A program made the position numbers and the translations under genes. Shown one piece after another: positions 1-6,488 of a stretch of 13,678 nucleotides of DNA. Origin of the DNA: a bacterium (GTDB lineage: Bacteria; Babelota; Babeliae; Babelales; JABCYS01); assembly GCA_027452085.1 (NCBI GenBank), contig DAIDHG010000024.1, positions 1-13,678 on the forward strand, in the 5' to 3' direction. Position 1 is the stretch's first letter. Every line of letters starts with the position of its first letter. The notes below the pieces were generated by a model. The model worked only from the letters and a program-made list of their open reading frames with translations, was not told the DNA's origin and did no database searches.

Positions 1-338
1 GTTATTGCTAATCCGCTTACTGCAAAAATGAAAAAGGCTGGCTGAGAAAGCCAGCTGCTAAAAATTTGTTGATCTAAGTAGAAAAGTGTTGGGAATGAGA
101 ATCCAAAGGCTGTTGAGAGAATTCCGCCTACTGACCCGCCGGCTGTTGCGAGCATGATGCGTTGATCAACGTTTTTAATTGAGCGTGTGAATGTTCGTAA
201 TGAGGCAAAAAACAATGAGGCGATTAATACCAGGGTGGTGCTAATCCAGGGGCCTATGCCGGTAGATGTTGAGGTATATGCCAATACGATCGTTGAGAAT
301 GCAGCAAAGATTGTTGTCAGTAAAATTGTTAACAACAT
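1..338 (-). CDS. Integral membrane protein, probably an OPT/YSL-family oligopeptide transporter (N-terminal part; runs off the left edge)
   Basis: Translated by hand. ATG at 338-336 follows a GGAGGA RBS (+ strand tcctcc 345-350) and the frame is open to the edge: MLLTILLTTIFAAFSTIVLAYTSTSTGIGPWISTTLVLIASLFF...IMLATAGGSVGGILSTAFGFSFPTLFYLDQQ.... Several hydrophobic helices, and the 'A(G)GSVGG...GFSFPTL' segment resembles OPT-family N-termini. The ORF is well supported; the family call is moderate. Confidence 0.6.
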   Translation of the reverse strand, partial: MLLTILLTTIFAAFSTIVLAYTSTSTGIGPWISTTLVLIASLFFASLRTFTRSIKNVDQRIMLATAGGSVGGILSTAFGFSFPTLFYLDQQIFSSWLSQPAFFIFAVSGLAI

Positions 339-426
339 AAATGTTCCTCCAGGGCATTCACATTATCACGAAATATTTTCGGTTACTGCCCCGTTATTTA
401 TTATTGAGAGTACAAATCTAACATTA

Positions 427-1773
427 TCACTCATTTGCAACAACAAAATTGTTAATTATTTGGGGTGATGATTGATGGTGAAAATAATGAAAGGATCGAT
501 GATTTATCGGTTCAATAGCGATAATTTCATCATGGATTAGACCATCTTTTGATTTGTAGTTGTTAAAGAATTCGGCAATTGTTGGAAAATTGGTCTCATG
601 AATGGGGCGACTGCGAGCTGTGAATGATGACTTGTAGCGTAAATAGCAATTGGCAAGATGCGCGTACATTTGTTTTTGGGGATGATACTCAAAGCTGAAG
701 GTGCTAAAAAGTCGCATGAGATTTTCGCTGTTTTCATTTATTTTAAATCGAATGCGTATGGTGTTGGGTGTGGTAAAATCGTCGTACCACAATACATTAC
801 CCGTTTCAATTCCGAATAAATTTAATAAGGATCGCAATTGTTCTTGAAACTCGATGCCATATTCAGCGTATGGCAAACGTTGTGACAGCTGAATGAAAAT
901 ACCGTTAAAATTGTATTTTGTTTTTGCCGTTGGGGTTGCCATCCGACATCCAAGATATGTAGATAGGAATAGCGCTTGTTGCCATGGGGTAGCGTTTTCC
1001 AAGATCCAAGAAGGTATTTCGAGTTTCTGTTCGCCCCGCCTGCCAAGAGGCAAACCGAGGGCAAAAAATAATATTGTGGCTGCACTGGATGATATTTGTA
1101 GGCGACATGATGTGCTTGTCTCTGTTAACGAGTAAAAGTTTTCAGTGTGGCGAAATGGCTCAATTTTTAGAAATTTGCTCGACGGAAATGACAGTTCGGT
1201 CAGATCTTGCTGGATATGATCAATTATTTCTTCACGGGCATTTATATTGATTCGCGGTTCAAACTCTTTAGTGAGAAAAAATCTGCTCTCGGATAGCAGG
1301 AAGCCAAAGAGTTTTATGAGAAGTGGAAAACGTGAATCATTCAGCTTGAGTGGCAAGAGTTTGAACTCATGTAACTTGTTCATTACATTCTTTCGCCGAT
1401 TCGGCGAAAGAATGCTCAACGTAGTAAGTGAATCAAGGATTTTTTGCTCGTCGACAATCACGATATCAGGCGGATCCTCATATGCTACACCAATAAAAGG
1501 ATTGATTTGGATCTGGTCACCAATCTTTAATTCTTCAATAGGAACTTTCTCATTGTTCTTTAAAAGCTTTGTTCGGCCTGCCAATTCAGCTGAGAATCCA
1601 AAGCTGGTTGTAACCCGGTAAAAATGTTGGTCTGGTAGTCCAACGATGGGATCAAGTTGTTGCGAGAACGTGTAGGCGTTGAAAGGGAGAGAAATATATT
1701 GGTTGGCCGGAAGGTAAATCGCGTAAGTAGTGGGGAAGGAAAAAAGGAGTGTAATGAGCGATAGAAAGCGCAT
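427..1773 (-). CDS. Free-standing, signal-peptide-bearing degenerate intein (Hint + LAGLIDADG endonuclease-like), most similar in layout to RtcB inteins
   Basis: AAGGA RBS. Sec-like leader MRFLSLITLLFSFPTTYA. Block A-like YLPANQYI; block B-like YRVTTSFGFSAELAGRTKLL...IEELKIGDQIQINPFIGVAYE; LAGLIDADG-1-like LFGFLLSES (aa155-163); LGLPLG...IPSWIL..ATPWQQALFLSTYLGCRM (motif 2, aa269-278); FSFEYHPQK...YLRYK; block F/G-like DEIIAIEPI...QIINNFVVAN followed by E and stop. Confidence 0.8.
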   Translation of the reverse strand: MRFLSLITLLFSFPTTYAIYLPANQYISLPFNAYTFSQQLDPIVGLPDQHFYRVTTSFGFSAELAGRTKLLKNNEKVPIEELKIGDQIQINPFIGVAYEDPPDIVIVDEQKILDSLTTLSILSPNRRKNVMNKLHEFKLLPLKLNDSRFPLLIKLFGFLLSESRFFLTKEFEPRININAREEIIDHIQQDLTELSFPSSKFLKIEPFRHTENFYSLTETSTSCRLQISSSAATILFFALGLPLGRRGEQKLEIPSWILENATPWQQALFLSTYLGCRMATPTAKTKYNFNGIFIQLSQRLPYAEYGIEFQEQLRSLLNLFGIETGNVLWYDDFTTPNTIRIRFKINENSENLMRLFSTFSFEYHPQKQMYAHLANCYLRYKSSFTARSRPIHETNFPTIAEFFNNYKSKDGLIHDEIIAIEPINHRSFHYFHHQSSPQIINNFVVANE

Positions 1774-1821
1774 GCCAAAATTCCTTTTTTTGAAAACATG
1801 GATTTCATCGAATGCAAAAAA

Positions 1822-1913
1822 TGGAGGAGGGTAGGAGATTTGAACTCCTGAGACCCCTCTCGGGGCCTAACGGTTTTCAAGACCGCCGCAATCGACCGCT
1901 CTGCCAACCCTCC
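1822..1913 (-). tRNA. tRNA-Ser(UGA)
   Basis: Reverse complement GGAGGGT...GCGGT-CTTGAAA-ACCGT, long variable arm, TTCAAAT T-loop, ACCCTCC-T-CCA with encoded CCA. Confidence 0.97.
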
Positions 1914-1932
1914 GTTGAAAATTTCATGTATT

Positions 1933-1990
1933 ATAGCTGTTGGAGAAGGTTTTGAATGGGATTATAAAAACTAACTTCTCTAACAGCTAT
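1933..1990. repeat. 16-bp inverted repeat (long hairpin) in the tRNA-Arg/tRNA-Ser spacer
   Basis: atagctgttggagaag (1933-1948) pairs with cttctctaacagctat (1975-1990) at 15/16 Watson-Crick positions plus one G-T. It can extend inward via gtttt/aaaac after a 3-nt bulge. Confidence 0.85.
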
Positions 1991-2031
1991 CTCAACCGTC
2001 ATTTTCGCACGATTTTGATGTCAATTCAAGA

Positions 2032-2108
2032 TGGTGCGCCTATTTGGACTCGAACCAAAAACCTTCAGATCCGTAGTCTGATGCTCTATCCAATTGAGCT
2101 ATAGGCGC
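2032..2108 (-). tRNA. tRNA-Arg(ACG)
   Basis: Reverse complement GCGCCTATAGCTCAATTGGATAGAGCA-TCAGA-CTACGGA-TCTGA...GGTTCGAGTCC...TAGGCGC-A-CCA. Confidence 0.98.
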
Positions 2109-2115
2109 TTATTTT

Positions 2116-2207
2116 TGGCGGAGGAGCCGAGGCTCGAACTCGGATGCCAGGTTTTATCCCAGCCCTTGCTTAGCAGGCAAGTGCGTTAACCATTCCGCCA
2201 CTCCTCC
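2116..2207 (-). tRNA. tRNA-Ser(GCU)
   Basis: Reverse complement GGAGGAG...CTTGC-CTGCTAA-GCAAG, long variable arm, CCGAG-TTCGAGC-CTCGG, CTCCTCC-G-CCA. The Ser(GCU)-Arg(ACG) tandem is a common bacterial arrangement. Confidence 0.97.
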
Positions 2208-2230
2208 CAGCCCTAAAAAGGTGGACCAAA

Positions 2231-2258
2231 AGAATACGTTCTTCCCGATTTTATGCAA
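2231..2258 (-). promoter_or_regulatory. Putative sigma70 promoter for the tRNA cluster
   Basis: Minus strand TTGCAT (2258-2253), 16-nt spacer, TATTCT (2236-2231), 23 nt upstream of tRNA-Ser(GCU). Confidence 0.5.
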
Positions 2259-2280
2259 GGCGTTATACCAAATTTCCTTA

Positions 2281-2309
2281 TTGTGGGCAGCCCAACCCTA
2301 TGCTAAGTT
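2281..2309 (+). promoter_or_regulatory. Possible sigma70 promoter for the HIT operon
   Basis: TTGTGG (2281-2286), 17-nt spacer, TAAGTT (2304-2309) preceded by TGn. Weak match. Confidence 0.3.
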
Positions 2310-2342
2310 AATTAAAATTACGTTTAAGACTTCGGAGATCCT

Positions 2343-2687
2343 ATGACCCAAACAGCGCCGGATTGTATTTTTTGCCGCATTATCAATAAAGAGGTGCCAG
2401 CCACGATTATTGCAGAAACGGACGATATTATCGTTATAAAGGATATTGCCCCCAAAGCACCCATTCACTGGCTTATTATCCCTAAAAAGCATATCCGTGA
2501 CCTTCAGTCATTAAGGGAGGCGGATAGGGCTCTTGCTTGTAATATGCTTTTTATGGCCCAGCAGCTTTCGCAACAATTACCCTCGCCTGGCCATTTTAGA
2601 ATCATCTCCAATAATGGAGCGGAGGCAGGGCAGCATGTATTCCATATCCACCTACACTTTTTAAGCGGTGCTAGATTGGAATTCTAA
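2343..2687 (+). CDS. hinT: HIT-family (HinT-like) purine nucleoside phosphoramidase
   Basis: DCIFCRII, DIAPKAPIHWLIIPKKHI, NNGAEAGQHVFHIHLHFL (histidine triad); GGAG RBS. Confidence 0.93.
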   Translation: MTQTAPDCIFCRIINKEVPATIIAETDDIIVIKDIAPKAPIHWLIIPKKHIRDLQSLREADRALACNMLFMAQQLSQQLPSPGHFRIISNNGAEAGQHVFHIHLHFLSGARLEF

Positions 2688-2974
2688 TGCTCATTTTTGA
2701 AGTAAAAGTAACCCCGAGCGCTGGCCGGTCTGGATGTTCAATAGATAAGTCCGGCATGCTGAAATGTGCATTGAAAAGTCCTGCCGAAAATAATAAGGCC
2801 AACGAAGAACTTATCAAATTAATCGCCCGTGCCGTTGGGGCGCAGCAGCATCAAGTTAAAATTATGACCGGACCGACAAGCCGTAAAAAGAAAATAGCAA
2901 TTGGGATAAACATCACTTATCCGCAATTATTGCAGGCACTCGGCATCGAAGAACAACAAAGAGGAATCGCATAA
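2687..2974 (+). CDS. DUF167/UPF0235 (YggU-like) protein
   Basis: VKVTPSA...LKSPAENNKANEELIKLIA...VKIMTGPTSRKKKI signature; TAATG overlap with the HIT gene. Confidence 0.9.
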   Translation: MLIFEVKVTPSAGRSGCSIDKSGMLKCALKSPAENNKANEELIKLIARAVGAQQHQVKIMTGPTSRKKKIAIGINITYPQLLQALGIEEQQRGIA

Positions 2975-4179
2975 TGCCACTATTTAAATGGGAAGGAATC
3001 GATATTACGGGCTCAATATGCAGTGGTAAAGAAGAAGCTTCTACCTCCCAAGAACTTGAAAAAACGCTCAGAACCCGTGGCATAGCAATGCTACAAGCCA
3101 AGAAAGCATTGTTCCAAGCTGTCGATAGGGCTGAACAGGTGTCGCACGGTAAAAAGAGGCAGTCTATTCATGAACTGTTTTTCTTTTCAAACCTTGCCGA
3201 GCTCCTCGATGCGGGTTTGTTTGTCTCTGATGCAATCGCGCTCATGGCTCAGCAGCAAAAAGAAAAGGATTCTTATTTTGATGAAATTAAACAAAAGGTG
3301 AATCAAGGTGTCCCATTAAGCGCAGCCCTCGAATCTTATAAGATTTCCCCGCTCATCATCTCGTTGGTCCGTGCCGGCGAGGAAACGGCAAGCTTGACCA
3401 AAACTTCGCGACTGATTGCTCAATATCTAACCCAGCAACAGGAGTTCCGCTCGCGGATTAAGACGGCTATTTATATGCCAGCAATTACCTTTGGATTTTT
3501 TGTGCTGATGATGCTTGTTATTATTTTTGGATTGGTTCCTAAAATAGTGACGCTATTTCCCGAAGGAACGAAACTGCCCAACGCCTTGCGGATATTAAGC
3601 AACATCAGTCAGTTACCAAAGCGCCCGCTTTTTTTGCTGTGGCTATCGGCTATGTTCTGCTGTATTGGCCTGTTCATTTTTTGGCTCGCCCACGCAGGCA
3701 GATCATACCTAGATGCCATCATGCTCCAGTTGCCACTAGTTCGCACCTGGGTGCTGAATAGAAATCTTGCCAACCTGCTCACATCGTTGGGCATTATGCT
3801 AGAAGGAGGTATCCCCATAGCGCGTGCATTGCCTATCGCGAGCAATGGTTTAACCAATTCACTACTGCGAAATAAGTTTTTGGTAATTGGGAAAGAGATT
3901 GAAATGGGGGCACCATTTAGTCAGGCTATCCGCCAAGAGCTTCATTTGGAAGACCTCGCTACCATTATGGCGCTGGGAGAACAAACCGGGCGGCTTGGGC
4001 AACTGGTTAACCGCACAGCCCGCTGGTATGAGAAGCAGTGTACCGATTCTTTGCTCATGGTGACACAGGTTATCCAGCCAACCTTGATAATTATTTTAGG
4101 GTTGGGAATTGCGGGGCTTATAGGGTCCGTTTATTTGCCAATCTTAGAGTTGGCCCAGGGGATACCACAGGGCATTTAA
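2974..4179 (+). CDS. pilC: Type II secretion system F / type IV pilus platform protein (PilC/GspF family)
   Basis: MPLFKWEGIDITG N-terminus; two T2SSF repeats (LAELLDAGL...AGEETASL; LGIMLEGGIPIARAL...LGEQTGRL); three TM segments; C-terminal QPTLIIILG...VYLPI. Confidence 0.9.
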   Translation: MPLFKWEGIDITGSICSGKEEASTSQELEKTLRTRGIAMLQAKKALFQAVDRAEQVSHGKKRQSIHELFFFSNLAELLDAGLFVSDAIALMAQQQKEKDSYFDEIKQKVNQGVPLSAALESYKISPLIISLVRAGEETASLTKTSRLIAQYLTQQQEFRSRIKTAIYMPAITFGFFVLMMLVIIFGLVPKIVTLFPEGTKLPNALRILSNISQLPKRPLFLLWLSAMFCCIGLFIFWLAHAGRSYLDAIMLQLPLVRTWVLNRNLANLLTSLGIMLEGGIPIARALPIASNGLTNSLLRNKFLVIGKEIEMGAPFSQAIRQELHLEDLATIMALGEQTGRLGQLVNRTARWYEKQCTDSLLMVTQVIQPTLIIILGLGIAGLIGSVYLPILELAQGIPQGI

Positions 4180-4185
4180 ATACGG

Positions 4186-4198
4186 TATACTGGCGCTC
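4186..4198 (+). promoter_or_regulatory. Possible -10 element plus GC-rich discriminator for tRNA-Leu
   Basis: TATACT (4186-4191) followed by GGCGCTC, 20 nt upstream of the tRNA. No clear -35 element. Confidence 0.4.
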
Positions 4199-4211
4199 CT
4201 TTCTTTAAAAT

Positions 4212-4298
4212 GCCGAAGTGGTGGAATGGTAGACACGCAGGTCTCAAAAACCTGTGATTGTAATGATCATGCCGGTTCGAGTCCGGCCTTCGGCACCA
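4212..4298 (+). tRNA. tRNA-Leu(CAA)
   Basis: GCCGAAGTGGTGGAATGGTAGACACG-CAGGT-CTCAAAA-ACCTG, variable arm, GCCGG-TTCGAGT-CCGGC, CTTCGGC-A-CCA. Confidence 0.98.
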
Positions 4299-4304
4299 GT
4301 ACAA

Positions 4305-5597
4305 TCACTGTCTTATAGCTTGTTTGCGTAGCTTCCTAATCTCCCGGCTTATATCGTCTTTGATCGGATCAAGCAGTGTCTTAAGGGTCGTTTGCTGATC
4401 CACATAGCGAATCTTCAAATTCCCATTAATGCTATTAACAAACTCTTGCACCGACATTAACACATCATGTGTATATGCTTCTGCTTGTAATAACACTAAA
4501 GCATTTTGAGCATTTGTTGCTGCTCGAGGGATTTTGTTTTCTTCGGCCACTTCATGTAATTCACGCAAGCGCGCCATGATTGTTTGTCTTTGCAATGTTG
4601 CCGTTGCTGCTTGTGTCTCTTTTACCTCTTGCTTACCTTCTTTTAGTTCGTCGCCATTTTGTTGTGGCTTGTATTGCACAACCATCGCAGAAATATTGTC
4701 CGTGCTGCCTTTGGTATACGCTTCATCTCGTAGTGCCCGCGCGGCCGTTTGCAATACATGATCATCACTGTAATTAATAAATTGTTCGCACTTGCCGCAA
4801 CGATTTTTTGGAACTAAAGGAAAAACTTTCCCGACATCGGCCAACGATTTTTTGCCCGATACCACATCCGATACGATGTTGGCCGCATCTTCATTGCTTA
4901 ATACATCCCACACACCATCGCAGGCAAGAATTATCAGATCGCCTGGTCGGATTGCTAATTGATGGGTCTGTGGGGTTGCGGTCACTGCGCCGCGAGAAAA
5001 TTCCTTTACTTCTCTATCACCGAGCGTTCGCGAGATGGCAAGCCCCAAAATTCGGTGAACACCGTAATGTTGTACCTGTAAACCACAGCTTTCAATACGT
5101 GCCCTTTCTTCAGGATGATTAGGCTTGTGGTCAGTTGTTGCAAAAATTACCTTACCTTTACGAACGATTACGGCTCGCGAATCGCCGGCCCAAGCAATGT
5201 AAGCTTGTTCATCCTTATGCGTACCACCATTTTTTCCAGTCATATAAACGGCAACGGCAACAGCACCAGAATCAATATCTTTTAATATTTCATTATCTGT
5301 TTGCAGAAATGCTTTGATCAAATTTTCTTCTGTTTTGCCGGTGTTGGGTTGCGCTAAATTGAAAAAGTGGTTGTGTAGGTTTTTTTGTGCATAATGGGCG
5401 GCATCAGCACCACCATGACCATCAAACACGGCAAAAAATGCGTCATGAGCTTTTACCTCACGCGTATGCTCGTCTTCCATGGTAGGGCGATCTCCTTGTC
5501 GCGCTGCAAGGCCCCACTTGAAATCTTGTGCAGATAAACAGGAAAAACTCAATAAAAGAAAGATGTGTGTAATAAACGTGTTGTTAAATATTTTCAT
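4305..5597 (-). CDS. Eukaryote-type PP2C/PPM Ser/Thr phosphatase with N-terminal signal peptide and ~120-aa C-terminal extension
   Basis: QGDRPTMED, VFDGHGG, AGDSRAV, TDHKP, ERARIE, LAISRTLGD, LACDGVWD and GSTDNIS motifs, with all metal-binding Asp present. Leader MKIFNNTFITHIFLLLSFSCLSA. GAGG RBS. Confidence 0.93.
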   Translation of the reverse strand: MKIFNNTFITHIFLLLSFSCLSAQDFKWGLAARQGDRPTMEDEHTREVKAHDAFFAVFDGHGGADAAHYAQKNLHNHFFNLAQPNTGKTEENLIKAFLQTDNEILKDIDSGAVAVAVYMTGKNGGTHKDEQAYIAWAGDSRAVIVRKGKVIFATTDHKPNHPEERARIESCGLQVQHYGVHRILGLAISRTLGDREVKEFSRGAVTATPQTHQLAIRPGDLIILACDGVWDVLSNEDAANIVSDVVSGKKSLADVGKVFPLVPKNRCGKCEQFINYSDDHVLQTAARALRDEAYTKGSTDNISAMVVQYKPQQNGDELKEGKQEVKETQAATATLQRQTIMARLRELHEVAEENKIPRAATNAQNALVLLQAEAYTHDVLMSVQEFVNSINGNLKIRYVDQQTTLKTLLDPIKDDISREIRKLRKQAIRQ

Positions 5598-5631
5598 TTT
5601 TATTCCTCAAATTAATAAGATCATTATGCCT

Positions 5632-5659
5632 ATCCTATAGCCAAAAAAGGCCTGAGCAA
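5632..5659 (-). promoter_or_regulatory. Possible sigma70 promoter for the PP2C gene
   Basis: Minus strand TTGCTC (5659-5654), 16-nt spacer, TAGGAT (5637-5632). Confidence 0.3.
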
Positions 5660-5750
5660 ACGCTCATTATTCCATATGTCACACTGGCTTGATATGGTAG
5701 GGTCAAAGATGGCTGTTGGATAAATAATTAAATCAGCTTTTGGTGGGGAT

Positions 5751-6032
5751 ATGGCAAGCAAAAAACGATGGGTCAAACAGGTGATGGAAACGTCTTTCGC
5801 GCTGGCATTGCCGGAAGGTATTTTTACTTGGCAGCCAAAAAAAATCGCCCAAGGGCTCAAAGAGTCTGCTGAGGCAAGCAGTATGCGCAAAGGCACGCCT
5901 TTTCAGTCGGCAATGTCTATGCTTACTTTTTATATAAATCGTGCTGGCAAAAATTTAAAACCAAAGGACAAAGCCAGACTTGAAAAAGCGAAAAAAGAAC
6001 TGCGCACATTATTCGGTCGCGAGAAAAAATAA
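5751..6032 (+). CDS. DUF3175-family small basic protein
   Basis: RW...S.AL.LPEGIFT...RKGTPFQSAMSMLTFYINRAGKNL...LEKAKKELRTLFGR matches the family signature as I recall it. Confidence 0.85.
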   Translation: MASKKRWVKQVMETSFALALPEGIFTWQPKKIAQGLKESAEASSMRKGTPFQSAMSMLTFYINRAGKNLKPKDKARLEKAKKELRTLFGREKK

Positions 6033-6472
6033 TGCAAAAAGATTTCGAACTCATTCCTCACACTGCTGACGTGCAAATTCGCGTATACGGCAGCGATCTA
6101 CAAGAGCTTTTTCGGCATGCGCTTATTGGTATGTTCCAAAGCATGGAGCCGCGCATTAAAAACTGCTTATATAAAAACGAGCGGATTATATGCCCAGCAT
6201 TGCCAAATATGCAAAATATCGAGATTTCAGCCCCTGATTCAGATCAGCTTCTGGTGAAATTTCTTTCCCAAGCTCTGGCGCTGAGCGATATCAATAATGA
6301 ATCGTATCTCGATATTACTTTCCAAGAATTTTTACCAACCCAATTACGTGGCACATTGAAGGGGATTGATATTGAAGGTTTAGGGATAGAAATTAAAGCA
6401 GTTACGTATCATCTTCTGCATATCCAAAAAATTGACGGTTATTATCAAACCGATATTGTGTTTGATATATAA
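6032..6472 (+). CDS. Archease (RtcB-activating cofactor)
   Basis: FELIPHTADVQIRVYG, EIKAVTYH and C-terminal IVFDI motifs; lies immediately upstream of rtcB. Confidence 0.95.
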   Translation: MQKDFELIPHTADVQIRVYGSDLQELFRHALIGMFQSMEPRIKNCLYKNERIICPALPNMQNIEISAPDSDQLLVKFLSQALALSDINNESYLDITFQEFLPTQLRGTLKGIDIEGLGIEIKAVTYHLLHIQKIDGYYQTDIVFDI

Positions 6473-6488
6473 ATCAAAAAGGATAGTA

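Noticed and set aside
31..55. GCTGGCT/AGCCAGC hairpin with an A-tract, resembling a minus-strand intrinsic terminator
   Set aside because: It lies inside the open minus-strand frame 338->1 (SSWLSQPAFF), so it is more likely coding coincidence.
187..468. 93-aa plus-strand ORF from the track
   Set aside because: It is the antisense shadow of the membrane-protein gene (338->1), which has a strong RBS and a coherent TM pattern.
427..1773. Reading the ORF as an active or split intein, or as a fragment of a broken rtcB
   Set aside because: There is no N-terminal Cys/Ser nucleophile, no +1 Cys/Ser/Thr, both halves are in one chain, and no RtcB extein sequence is visible on either flank.
1560..1907. 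115-aa minus-strand ORF
   Set aside because: It starts inside tRNA-Ser(UGA) and overlaps the 448-aa gene out of frame; spurious.
1822..4298. Intron-containing or split tRNAs as local RtcB substrates
   Set aside because: All four tRNAs are contiguous, with normal 7-nt anticodon loops and encoded CCA.
5598..5750. Sigma54 (-24/-12) promoter as in RtcR-controlled rtcBA operons
   Set aside because: The TGGC motifs near 5685 and 5710 lack GC at the required spacing, and no rtcR is present in the window.
6432..6488. Extended rtcB N-terminus from TTG 6432
   Set aside because: It overlaps the archease C-terminus; ATG 6489 has a proper RBS and gives a typical RtcB length.
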